NCBI GenBank assembly: GCA_963666365.2
Contig: CAXXNF010000001.1
Coordinates: 160,001-224,000 of the forward strand
Source: Syntrophales bacterium
Lineage (GTDB): Bacteria; Desulfobacterota; Syntrophia; Syntrophales; UBA2210
Reading direction: 5' to 3'
Length of the DNA stretch: 64,000 nt
In this document: positions 49,208-58,331 of the stretch, piece after piece
Position numbering within the stretch: the stretch's first letter is position 1
Layout of the letters: each line of letters starts with the position of its first letter
Notes under the pieces: model-generated
The model's database searches: none
Seen by the model: the letters and a program-made list of their open reading frames with translations, nothing else
What the model was told of the DNA's origin: nothing
Program-made: the position numbers and the translations under genes

Positions 49208-51268
49208 TCACGACTCCTCGACTTTTTCAATGCGGCACATAAAGTTTCGTCCCGACGCAGTGCCGATGACCGGATTGCGCCGATCGTCGTCGGTCATGAG
49301 ATTCAGACTGTAATCAGGCTTATAATCCCCCCACCCCCAGGCAATGCGAAGAACCCCACGGTGGATGACATTCGAAATCGCGGCCCTCATGCGCACCCGG
49401 CCGCGCGGCGTGGCAATCGTCACCCAATTCCCTTCACGGACGGCGTACTCTTGAGCGTCATCGGGATGGATGTCTACCACGCACCCTCGTTCCTGCTGCA
49501 AAAGGGACGGAATCATGCGGTACTGGGAATTGGTAAAACGCCTGTTGCGGGCGCCGCTGATCCCCAGGAGCGGATAGTGATCTGCCTGATCCATGAAGCT
49601 GACCGGTTCCTTTTCATGGCCGCGGGCGAAGGGAACCGGATCATGGCCATGGGCGCTCAACTGTACGGAAAAAAATTCAACCTTGCCGCTGGGCGTTCCG
49701 AATCCATTATCCTTGTACTTCTGATATTGTACCGGTTCGGCCATAATTCCCTCGGGATGTTCCCGCAGCATCGCCACGGTGATCCCCGCCGGTTCAAGCT
49801 GGTAATCGATCGCCTCTTCCGCAGTGCACCAGGGGAATTCTTTTTCCAGTCCGATACGCCGTGCCAGATCAAAGGTAATCTGCCAGTTCGGCCGACTGTC
49901 CCCTACCGGGGCAATCACCTGTTCCTGAATCCGCACAGGGCTTGAACGGACAAAGGCGCGGTTAAGCTGGGTGTGTTCAAAACAACTACCGGCGGGAAGA
50001 ATGACGTCTGCCATTTCTGCAGTTCCGTTCATGAACATATCGATCACCACGAGAAATTCCACCTTTTCCAGTGCCCGTCTTGCCCGGCCTGCATCCATGA
50101 AGGTGACCGCGGGATTTCCCGACTGGACAATCAGGGTTTTAATCGGGTAAGGTTTTTCTTCCAATATGGCGTCAATCACGCAGGACTGCACCTGATTTCC
50201 CCAGTTGCTGTGGAAACGATTGAAAAGATGGTACTCCGCGGTAACAGGCGCAACGGACGCGGGAAGTCGCTCCCGCAATTGCAGATTCCGGTTCGGAACG
50301 GTCTGCGGGATGAGATCGCCGCCCATGATGTCCAGATTGCCGGTGAGGGCGCGCAACATGGCCACCGCCCGTGTGGCGTCAAACGATTCAAGCTGCATAT
50401 CCAGGCCGTTGCCATCAACAATACAGGCCGGTTTGATCGACGTGTACACCCTGACGGCTTCTTTGACCAACGCCCGATCCAGCCACAACGTGTCTGCAAC
50501 TTTTTCAATCGGGTAGTGTGCTGCCGTCTTTTTCAATTCCTCGAAACCGACGGTCCACTGTTCCACGAACTCGTGATCAAATAAATCATGGGAAATAATT
50601 TCATTGATCATCGCCATGGCCAGCAGGCCGTCATGGGCTGGTCTGATCTGAAGCCAGATGTCGGCCATCTCTGCGAAATGCGTTTTCACCGGATCGACCA
50701 CAATCAGCGTTGCCCCGTTTTTCTTTGCCAGAAGGATGCTCTCAGCCGCATTGGGCGCCGTATCCCGGTCATTTTTCCCCCAGATCAGCATGCATTTGGC
50801 CTGCAGCGGCTGGGGTATCGTCATGGCGCCGTAGACGGCGGTGTGGGCAAAATCACGCCCCACGAAGCATATCGATCCATTTCCGATGCTGTTGGGAGAC
50901 CCGTAGGCATTCATCAGCCGGTTCACATAGTCCCAGGGCGCCCCCCAGTCCGCCGCCATGCCTCGCAACCAGCATACCGATTGCGCGCCATACTCTTTCT
51001 TGCAAAAAAGCATTTGCCGGGCGACGCGATCCATCGCTTCGTCCCAGGACGCCTCTCTGAAGCCGCCGTCACCCTGTTTGATCAAAGGCGAGACAAGCCT
51101 CTCGGAAGAATAAATGATGTCGGCCGCAGCGCTGAGCTTCGGGCAGAACAGTTGCTGATCTTCGGCAAGTGCCGATTTTCTTCTGGCCGAGATCCATCTT
51201 CCTTCTGCAGTCTCCACTTCTATGGGACAGCAGGCCGAACATAAACGGCAGACAGAGTGCGTTTGCAT
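49208..51268 (-). CDS. Mo/W-bis-PGD oxidoreductase, acetylene-hydratase-like clade, cytoplasmic
   Basis: CRLCSACC...FCPK 4Fe-4S site, SWDEA, SICF putative metal-ligand Cys, ALTGNLD, ADVILP, TPSGKVE, C-terminal HPDDA; no twin-arginine signal. Confidence 0.9.
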   Translation of the reverse strand: MQTHSVCRLCSACCPIEVETAEGRWISARRKSALAEDQQLFCPKLSAAADIIYSSERLVSPLIKQGDGGFREASWDEAMDRVARQMLFCKKEYGAQSVCWLRGMAADWGAPWDYVNRLMNAYGSPNSIGNGSICFVGRDFAHTAVYGAMTIPQPLQAKCMLIWGKNDRDTAPNAAESILLAKKNGATLIVVDPVKTHFAEMADIWLQIRPAHDGLLAMAMINEIISHDLFDHEFVEQWTVGFEELKKTAAHYPIEKVADTLWLDRALVKEAVRVYTSIKPACIVDGNGLDMQLESFDATRAVAMLRALTGNLDIMGGDLIPQTVPNRNLQLRERLPASVAPVTAEYHLFNRFHSNWGNQVQSCVIDAILEEKPYPIKTLIVQSGNPAVTFMDAGRARRALEKVEFLVVIDMFMNGTAEMADVILPAGSCFEHTQLNRAFVRSSPVRIQEQVIAPVGDSRPNWQITFDLARRIGLEKEFPWCTAEEAIDYQLEPAGITVAMLREHPEGIMAEPVQYQKYKDNGFGTPSGKVEFFSVQLSAHGHDPVPFARGHEKEPVSFMDQADHYPLLGISGARNRRFTNSQYRMIPSLLQQERGCVVDIHPDDAQEYAVREGNWVTIATPRGRVRMRAAISNVIHRGVLRIAWGWGDYKPDYSLNLMTDDDRRNPVIGTASGRNFMCRIEKVEES

Positions 51269-51295
51269 GGAAATAGTCCTCCCTTTGATATAGGT

Positions 51296-52237
51296 TCAGC
51301 GTGTGGCCTTTATATAACAGCTTCTGATGTGCTCATAGTGGTTGGCGTGGGTCCGTATGTGCCACCAGAGCTGCCCCTCTTTTTCAATGTTCCAGGGTGG
51401 TTGCAAAATGTCATTCTCCCCCGCCAGGAGTTTCATGATATGCGCTTGTCCCCGCAAGGTGTAGGGCCCTTCACTTTGTCCCCCCAGCCAGTTGTGTTCC
51501 GGCGCCGCCTCTTCGGACCAGGAAAAGGGATCGGAAAGCAGGAACTGCGCGTTCTCATCTCCGGTCACACGGTTCATCTCCTTTAGATGCATCAGAGGAT
51601 CGGGAACCTTATCCACCAGATTCAGCGAGGCAAAAGAAGATGCCATGTTCGCCCTGAAGGGCAGGGCCAGTGCGTCGGCAACAATAAATTCCGCCTTTTG
51701 ACTGTCCCAGTCTTCCGGTATTGCGAACTCGACAGTCCGGGTCAGCCATCCCTCTTCTTTCAGTGTGATGGTCCTGCGGCGATTCAGGAGAAGGTCTCTG
51801 GCCTCACGGATAAAGGCCCGCGCATTGTCCACCCCGATCACAAAGTCGCATTTACCCGTCATTTCAAAAGCAAACCGGCCGACGGCAGTCCCGACGTCAA
51901 TACAGATACCGGCATGGGGGCGCATCACCTCGCTCCAGCGCCGGTAGGCATCGGAACTGTTCTCCTCCTTCAGGAGATCTCCGTAGTGGCTCCAGAGATA
52001 GGACGACACCACGGCTGGGGTCTCATATTTGTTATGAAGGTATGCCTGCGAGGGGTGCAGTGCCGCATCGAGCAATGCGACGCCCTGTTCAATGCGATAT
52101 GCTCTGCCGCAGGCGGAACAGGTAAGGGCGCCCGTGAGAATATCGTCCCCCCGTTTCTCCTGAATCGCTTCTTTCAGCCGGTGTTCTTCCGGCAGGCACA
52201 CCGGACAGATCAGCAGCTCAAGCAACCGTTCCTTCAT
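51296..52237 (-). CDS. SAM-dependent methyltransferase, Trm112-like N-terminus plus OvoA-C-terminal-like domain
   Basis: LLICPVC...LTCSACGRAY.I..G Zn-ribbon; YETPAVVSSYLWSHYG, DVGTAVGRFAFE, EEG, NLVDKVPDP, DPFSWSEE, WLGG. Confidence 0.8.
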   Translation of the reverse strand: MKERLLELLICPVCLPEEHRLKEAIQEKRGDDILTGALTCSACGRAYRIEQGVALLDAALHPSQAYLHNKYETPAVVSSYLWSHYGDLLKEENSSDAYRRWSEVMRPHAGICIDVGTAVGRFAFEMTGKCDFVIGVDNARAFIREARDLLLNRRRTITLKEEGWLTRTVEFAIPEDWDSQKAEFIVADALALPFRANMASSFASLNLVDKVPDPLMHLKEMNRVTGDENAQFLLSDPFSWSEEAAPEHNWLGGQSEGPYTLRGQAHIMKLLAGENDILQPPWNIEKEGQLWWHIRTHANHYEHIRSCYIKATR

Positions 52238-52381
52238 CGTATCTCCTTATGTTAATGTATACAGTTATTACTTCGTTGGGCACGCGTATTGGTTTTGTAC
52301 CGCGAATCGCGACAACACATTGACAATAATAACGACTTTCGCCACATACCGGCGCGGCAAATACTGAACGATACATGTTGG

Positions 52382-52410
52382 AGTATATGGAGATGGAATA
52401 TCCCTGTCAA
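52382..52410 (-). promoter_or_regulatory. Sigma70 promoter for the methyltransferase/Mo-enzyme operon
   Basis: Minus strand TTGACA-17 bp-TATACT, about 145 nt upstream of the methyltransferase ATG. Confidence 0.8.
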
Positions 52411-52470
52411 GCGGCTTTATGGAACCTTCTCTCACCTATCTCTCGGTAACATTTTATTATGAGGCAACGG

Positions 52471-52500
52471 GTAATTTCGGGGACAGTATACTTAATTATT
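52471..52500 (+). repeat. Solo copy of the RAYT terminal repeat
   Basis: GTAATTTCGGGGACAGTATACTTAATTATT, near-identical to one arm of 40259-40319. Confidence 0.8.
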
Positions 52501-52819
52501 CTGAATACCTCCTTGCCGAGTAAAACAAGCGACTGGGCAGGGATTCCAGAAAGAGGAACAAGCAGGGATGATTTGTCCTCAATGCTGTTGACTGAGCGCC
52601 AGTGGGTTGATTTCGCCGGTACAGACGCTTCATCCGATAAAAACCTCATACAATGTCCCTCTTCCCCTCCATTTCAGCATCACTATTTTTATTATCAGCC
52701 TCTCAAAGTAAGGAAGTACAGGCAAGGAAGCGCCAGTGATAACACGATTCCATGTCTTCTCGAAAACCGGCTGTCTCCTTGCCTGTATTCCTTCACCGCC
52801 ACTATCTCAAGGCTCTGAT

Positions 52820-53974
52820 TTAAAACTCGAAGGCCAGTCTTGCAAACACCTCGTCCGCGGTATCCTGTGCGGCGCTGCCGGCTGCCTTTTCATAATTGCT
52901 CCTGCGATATTCGATCATGAGCGTGGTTGCGAAATCGCCCTTTTCAAAGAGCCTGTAATTGGCGCCGAGAGAGGATCTGTTCTCCAGATGACCGTCCTGA
53001 TCGCCGTCAATATCGTCATCGAAGGCCTCATAGCGGACGGCTATTTCCAATGGATCCGTTACTTGAAAGGCAAGTGCGGCAAACCATGCGGATTCCTTAT
53101 ATTCTCTCCCATCCGTCGTGTGCAGTTCCCGTGCAACCGCAGCGATATATTCGGCATCGAAGGTAACCATTCCAGCCTGATACGCTATTGATCCACCCAC
53201 TGTGGTATTGCGATCCTGCTGTCCCGGTTCCGAATCGAAATACACGCTGAGAGACAGTCCTTCCAGGGGCGCCATAGACAGATTAAGGACATAGGAATTG
53301 ACGTCATCGGTCGGATCTGGGTTCGGATCGGGATCCCTCGTCCATCCATAGGCTGCCGCGGAAACCTTGTCCGCCAGCACCTCTCCCTTGTATATCGTGG
53401 CCGATACATCAAGCCCCCCTACAGCGTGGGTCAGGCCGATTGTCGCCCCGGTTTTGACGATTTCATAGCAGTCCTGGGTAATGGGATCATTGATGAAGTG
53501 GCTGTTGAACACCCCAAAAGGCTGCGTCCGCTTACCTCCGACGAAATACAGGGGGAATCTCTCCTTTTGTATGGTTATCATGGTTTCGTCCCAGAATACC
53601 CGATCGTCTTGGTCGAGGTTTTCTCCCTTGAGGGTTACATTGCCCGTTACCCACTCATTAAATTTCACTTCCAGGCCCAGTTCGGCTGTTCCGATATCGA
53701 ACTCCGAAGAGGAATCGCTGTCTGCATCGTTCAGATTCCTCGGATCCGTATAACTGAAATCCAGCTCAAGGGCGCCGGATATGCTGATTTTATCCAGCCA
53801 GGCTGCCGCCAAACCGGCGGAGGCGCCCTTTTCGATCTTCTGTTCTATTTCCATCACCTTTTGCGCAAGGGCATCGTTCGACATGGCGCCAATGGCCGGC
53901 GGGACAACCGCCAGCGCTACGGAACACACCACGCACACCACAGTTAACAATTTAATATTACGAATTTTCTTCAT
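52820..53974 (-). CDS. LbtU-like outer membrane porin
   Basis: Signal peptide, coiled coil, ISGALELD, PFG.F.SHFI.DP.T, alternating beta strands, C-terminal LAFEF. Confidence 0.78.
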   Translation of the reverse strand: MKKIRNIKLLTVVCVVCSVALAVVPPAIGAMSNDALAQKVMEIEQKIEKGASAGLAAAWLDKISISGALELDFSYTDPRNLNDADSDSSSEFDIGTAELGLEVKFNEWVTGNVTLKGENLDQDDRVFWDETMITIQKERFPLYFVGGKRTQPFGVFNSHFINDPITQDCYEIVKTGATIGLTHAVGGLDVSATIYKGEVLADKVSAAAYGWTRDPDPNPDPTDDVNSYVLNLSMAPLEGLSLSVYFDSEPGQQDRNTTVGGSIAYQAGMVTFDAEYIAAVARELHTTDGREYKESAWFAALAFQVTDPLEIAVRYEAFDDDIDGDQDGHLENRSSLGANYRLFEKGDFATTLMIEYRRSNYEKAAGSAAQDTADEVFARLAFEF

Positions 53975-54077
53975 GTACTTTATCCTCCATTGCATAATCA
54001 TCAATAAAACAAACTCTTGTTCCCGTTGCATGTATCACCGCATAGCGCTCGGTGATGCATTTCATCGGATATTTCAT

Positions 54078-54163
54078 AAAAAAAAGACGCCATGTTCTCT
54101 GTATGATTACAGTTATCCATGCGTCTTCACTTGTTCCGCCCTCTGTCGGACCCGTAAGTTCGC
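54078..54163 (-). promoter_or_regulatory. Leader terminator/antiterminator, copy 2 (upstream of the porin gene)
   Basis: GCGAACTTACGG...AAGTGAAGACGCATG...CATGGCGTCTTTTTTTT. Confidence 0.65.
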
Positions 54164-54199
54164 TTTTTTATAAAATTACCTTGATATATCCATTTCGCC

Positions 54200-54997
54200 C
54201 TACTTCATATCTCTGGCCTGCACCCAAATCACCGCATCCTGCGACAATTCCTTGCCTTTATAGTCTTTGTCCGGTCCGACTCCGAGGGCGCAAAATCCCC
54301 ACCAGCCGGCCCTGGGAATACCGAAAGAGAATTCACCGTTCACATTGGCCTTTATGGTCATGGTCACAAAGGCGTCCTGAGGCGCTTCCACTTCCGCTCG
54401 GGCGGAAAAAGCGTTCTTGTCCGGTTGCGGTTGGTGATTCATGTACTCCACCTCGATTTCCGCATAGGGAATGGGTTTGCCGTCGCTCAGGACGATTCCC
54501 CGGAACACGTTGCCGGTCCAGAGTGCATAGGGTTTGTCAAGCGGAACTATTTCCGCAGGAAGGCCGATCTTTGCATCCCAATCCGTGGGAAACCCACCGG
54601 TATTGACAACCATTTTGCTAATCTGCTGAATATAGCAATTCTCTTCCTTCTCCAAATACGGCGCCGGCACCAGACAGAATACATTGTCTCCCATGCCGCG
54701 CAGCTTGTACGTCGTCTCATAGGCCGCACCGCTGTTGGTAAGGCTGGTCCAGGAAATCGGCTTGACCGTTCGGAGCAAATCTTCTTTCTTTCCCTTGCGC
54801 ACTACAAAAAACTGTTCCGGCGCACCCATGTCCATAGTATGCCCCGCTTCGAAAGGGTGAGTGAAGACAAGTTTAAGGTCAATGGCCTCTGCCTTTCCCA
54901 ATGCCGATTCTGGCGTGTAAATCATCTGGAAATGGGCAAATGCCGGACCGGTCATACACATCATCATTCCAACCAACATAATAATTGCTTTTTTCAT
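54200..54997 (-). CDS. DUF4198 periplasmic metal-uptake protein
   Basis: Signal peptide ending AFA-H, FTHPFE, EIVPL.KPY, AEIEVEY, GWWGF.AL. Confidence 0.82.
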   Translation of the reverse strand: MKKAIIMLVGMMMCMTGPAFAHFQMIYTPESALGKAEAIDLKLVFTHPFEAGHTMDMGAPEQFFVVRKGKKEDLLRTVKPISWTSLTNSGAAYETTYKLRGMGDNVFCLVPAPYLEKEENCYIQQISKMVVNTGGFPTDWDAKIGLPAEIVPLDKPYALWTGNVFRGIVLSDGKPIPYAEIEVEYMNHQPQPDKNAFSARAEVEAPQDAFVTMTIKANVNGEFSFGIPRAGWWGFCALGVGPDKDYKGKELSQDAVIWVQARDMK

Positions 54998-55033
54998 AGA
55001 CACTTCTCCTTATTCTTTGTTTGATTTGGCAAT

Positions 55034-55357
55034 TTATTCAGCAATATCGTTCCCTTCTATCTCCACGACATGCCCCGGACCGGCGTCAAAATAAATCTTA
55101 TAGGGAACGGAAGGCTTCTCGAAGGTAAATTCACTGTTTTTATCCATTTTCCCATTGTTCAGCACCTTCCCCTGAACATCTTCCACACGCATCTGTACTC
55201 CCGAGGCCGAAGAGCCGTCCGAGAACCCGCCCTCGCACGTGACTGTTCCATCTCCGTTGTCGTAACAGGAGCAGAGCGGCGTATGGGCAATCACCCGGCC
55301 GGGCATTATGAATGCCAACGCCAGAATCCCCATAATTACTATTTTTTTTCTACACAT
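55034..55357 (-). CDS. Small exported protein of the feo operon
   Basis: Signal peptide then HTPLCSCYDNGDG..CEGGFSDGS, FDAGPGH. Confidence 0.75.
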   Translation of the reverse strand: MCRKKIVIMGILALAFIMPGRVIAHTPLCSCYDNGDGTVTCEGGFSDGSSASGVQMRVEDVQGKVLNNGKMDKNSEFTFEKPSVPYKIYFDAGPGHVVEIEGNDIAE

Positions 55358-55375
55358 CTTCTTTCCTCCTCTCTC

Positions 55376-57844
55376 TTATTCATGTTCGGATTTGTTTTTC
55401 AAAAAACCGGTTGCAATCGTCAGCGCCAAAGCTACGCCAAAAAAAGCGCCCATGGCCTGAAGCCCGGAAAGACCGAGCGCGCTCCCTCCTGAAAAGATCA
55501 GGCTTGCCGTCGCCAATCCCAGCGCCATGGGATAGACGATGGAAAAGAGCATCCATTTAATGGAACCGGACTGCAGTTTTACGGCGATGGCCGTGGCGAT
55601 GCAGGGCGGATAGAGCACCATGAACAGCATCAGCGCCAGGGCGTGCAGGGACGTAAAGCCCGCTTCACCCCTGGCCATGCGCTGCTCCAGGGCTTCCCCC
55701 TCTTCTTCCGCTTCATACAGCGCCCCAAGGGTGGCCACGCTGCTCTCCTTGGCGGCAAGCGCGCTCAGAAGGGCTACATTTACGCGCCAATTAAAACCGG
55801 CCGCCTGCGTGACCGGTTCCAGCCATTTCCCCAATTTTCCCAAAAAACTGGTATCGATGCGTTCCTGTCGCATGTGGCGTAGAAGATCCCTTCGCTCATT
55901 AAAGAGAGTTTTGAAGGCACGATTGACCTTCCCAGCAGCCTTGTCCGTTCCCGGCTGCACAATGCGGAAAAACACCGGATCACGCGATTCAAAGCGGGCA
56001 TTGAGCGCGGCAACCGCTGAACTGTCCGATTTCCTCATTTTGGCATTCTTGTAGTCATTCCAGTAGAGCACGAGATCCATTATCCGTTCGCCCTGCAGGT
56101 CTTTCTCATAGGATGTACCGTTCACCTTACTGAGAAACACGCCCAAGGCCTTGTCCTTTTCCGCGTGGTAATAGGCCATCCTCTCCTGTCCGATGCCGGG
56201 GAACTGCAGCAACACGAACAGGACCACCGCAACGGCCGCCACAACCGTCGTAATCTTTCTCAGAAACAGCCAGACCCGTTCCAGGGCGCGTCCCAGAACA
56301 CCGCGAACCGAGGGAAGGTGATATGATGGCATCTCCATGACAAAGGGCGCTGTTTCTTTCTTTCTCAAAACGGTCAACGTCAAAATTTTTGCGGTAGGAA
56401 GCACCAGAAGCAGGCTGATGGTGCTTATGAAGAACATGGCCAATCCTTTGTGCGCCGCAAAATAGATATTTATCAAAAGGACATACAGGGGCACCTTGGC
56501 CAGGCAGTTAAGCATCGGAATAATTAAAATGGTGGCAAGCCGCGACCGTTCGTCGGGAATGCCCTTACAGGACATCACACCCGGTACCGCGCAGCCGCCC
56601 ACGTAAATGCCTCCCAGCACCATGGGCAGTGTTGACTGACCATGGAGCCCATAGCGGCTGAACAGTCGATCCATGATAAAGGCCATCCGAGGCATGTAAC
56701 CGCTGTCCTCCAGTATGGCGATAAGACCGAAGAGAATGAAAAAAATGGGAATATAGTTCAGCAGGGCGTTAATGCTGTCGACACACCAGAGCGTAAAAGA
56801 CCGGATCAGCGGTATTTCTATGAACCCGGGATTCGGAGTAACGGCTTCGGCCACACTTCTCAGTGTGGCAAGAAGCGGCCACGTGTAATTGGTGACATTA
56901 TAGCCCTGCACAATGGAAAGATAATACAGCAGCCAGATGACCGTCAGAAGGATAAGCGGTCCGAGGAATTTGTGGCAGACAAAGCGGTCTATGAAATCGG
57001 TCGCTCTGCCCCTGCTGTTCGTTTCGTTCGTAACACAGGATGCAGATATTTCATCGGCCCTTTGATAGCGACGATGGGCAATATGCAGTTCAGGCATCTC
57101 GCCGTGTTCATGTTCGAAATCTTTTCGCAGTTTCTCGACGAATTCAAAGAATGCTGCGGATTGGGCATGGGCATCCTCTATCAGGCGCTTCGCCTCGCCA
57201 TCGCCCTCCATGAGTTTAATGGCCAGCCATCTCAGAGGATAGTGCACCGCCAGAGTGGTTTCAGACGCAAGCCGTTCACTGATGTCGCGCAGAAAAGGCT
57301 CCATATCGCCGTAATCAATGCGAACCGCCTTCGCAGGTTCTACCCCATCCAAGGCAGCATCAATGGCTTTGAGCAAATTCTGCTTCCCGGAACCGTTTTT
57401 CATGGACGTGGGAACGACAGGAACTCCTATCGTCTTCGAAAGCTTTACAACATCTATTTCGGCGCCGCTCCGTTTCGCCACGTCCATCATGTTCAGATTC
57501 AATATAACGGAAATGTCCATTTCCAGTAGCTGAAAAGTAAAGTACAGACTGCGCTTCAGATTCGACGCATCTACGACATTGATGGCAACTGCCGGGTTCT
57601 CATGAAGAATGAAATCTCGCGTGACTCGTTCTTCTGGAGAATAAAAAGTAAGGCTGTACGCACCGGGAAGATCAACCACTTCCACCCTGACACCGTTATA
57701 TCGATACCATCCGACCATCTTGTCCACGGTTACGCCGGGATAATTGGCCACGTGCTGGCTCGCACCGGTAAGTGCATTAAACACGGTGGACTTGCCGCAA
57801 TTAGGCTGTCCGGCAAGAGAGATCAGGTACTTTTGGCCTTTCAT
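55376..57844 (-). CDS. feoB: Ferrous iron transporter B
   Basis: GQPNCGKS, NYPGVTV, DLPG, NMMD G-motifs; EDSGYMPR gate; LYPPC. Confidence 0.96.
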   Translation of the reverse strand: MKGQKYLISLAGQPNCGKSTVFNALTGASQHVANYPGVTVDKMVGWYRYNGVRVEVVDLPGAYSLTFYSPEERVTRDFILHENPAVAINVVDASNLKRSLYFTFQLLEMDISVILNLNMMDVAKRSGAEIDVVKLSKTIGVPVVPTSMKNGSGKQNLLKAIDAALDGVEPAKAVRIDYGDMEPFLRDISERLASETTLAVHYPLRWLAIKLMEGDGEAKRLIEDAHAQSAAFFEFVEKLRKDFEHEHGEMPELHIAHRRYQRADEISASCVTNETNSRGRATDFIDRFVCHKFLGPLILLTVIWLLYYLSIVQGYNVTNYTWPLLATLRSVAEAVTPNPGFIEIPLIRSFTLWCVDSINALLNYIPIFFILFGLIAILEDSGYMPRMAFIMDRLFSRYGLHGQSTLPMVLGGIYVGGCAVPGVMSCKGIPDERSRLATILIIPMLNCLAKVPLYVLLINIYFAAHKGLAMFFISTISLLLVLPTAKILTLTVLRKKETAPFVMEMPSYHLPSVRGVLGRALERVWLFLRKITTVVAAVAVVLFVLLQFPGIGQERMAYYHAEKDKALGVFLSKVNGTSYEKDLQGERIMDLVLYWNDYKNAKMRKSDSSAVAALNARFESRDPVFFRIVQPGTDKAAGKVNRAFKTLFNERRDLLRHMRQERIDTSFLGKLGKWLEPVTQAAGFNWRVNVALLSALAAKESSVATLGALYEAEEEGEALEQRMARGEAGFTSLHALALMLFMVLYPPCIATAIAVKLQSGSIKWMLFSIVYPMALGLATASLIFSGGSALGLSGLQAMGAFFGVALALTIATGFLKNKSEHE

Positions 57845-58065
57845 GGCAGTTCCACCTCGACAAATCGAGCCTCTTCGTGACGGAGACTGATGCAGTAGCC
57901 GTCCAGTGCAACTTCCATGGGATCGTCAAGAGGGGCGTTTCGAATTACCCTCATCCTCAAACCGGGATACACCCCCATATCGAGCAGTCTCTGCCCCAGT
58001 GTATCGACTGTTTTCAATTTTTTAATACGACACTCGCCACCCGGTTTAATCTGATCCAGCGTCAT
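57841..58065 (-). CDS. feoA: Ferrous iron transport protein A
   Basis: RLLDMG, APLDDP, SLRHEEA; 4-nt overlap with feoB. Confidence 0.95.
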   Translation of the reverse strand: MTLDQIKPGGECRIKKLKTVDTLGQRLLDMGVYPGLRMRVIRNAPLDDPMEVALDGYCISLRHEEARFVEVELP

Positions 58066-58084
58066 GTTTCATTCTCCTCAGTTC

Positions 58085-58177
58085 AAAAACAAAAAGGCGC
58101 AACCTGATGCGCTTCGCACGCTTCAAGTTGCGCCTTCGCTTCCATCGCGCCGATAAAGGCCGACGGCCGCAAGCCGC
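58085..58177 (-). promoter_or_regulatory. Leader terminator/antiterminator, copy 1 (upstream of feoA)
   Basis: GCGGCTTGCGG...AAGCGAAGGCGCAAC...GTTGCGCCTTTTTGTTTTT ending about 20 nt before the feoA start. Confidence 0.7.
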
Positions 58178-58331
58178 ACCACATAATGTTCGATTACTAT
58201 ACCTTAAAAATAATTGCCTAATGTACGTACTATTCTTACATCGTCACGCATTTTTAAATGCCCTTGATTCATCTTCATACCCTCATTGATCTTCAACATA
58301 TGATTTGCCCCTTCCGTTTCTGCTCGCGCAT

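Noticed and set aside
49208..51268. True acetylene hydratase or a respiratory reductase
   Set aside because: The residue after the second Cys is Ser (CRLCSACC) rather than the catalytic Asp of acetylene hydratase; no Tat signal or partner subunits.
58085..58177. Fluoride, cobalamin or T-box riboswitch, or a leader peptide
   Set aside because: Diagnostic consensus elements are absent; the overlapping 33-codon ORF has no RBS and no counterpart in the second copy.
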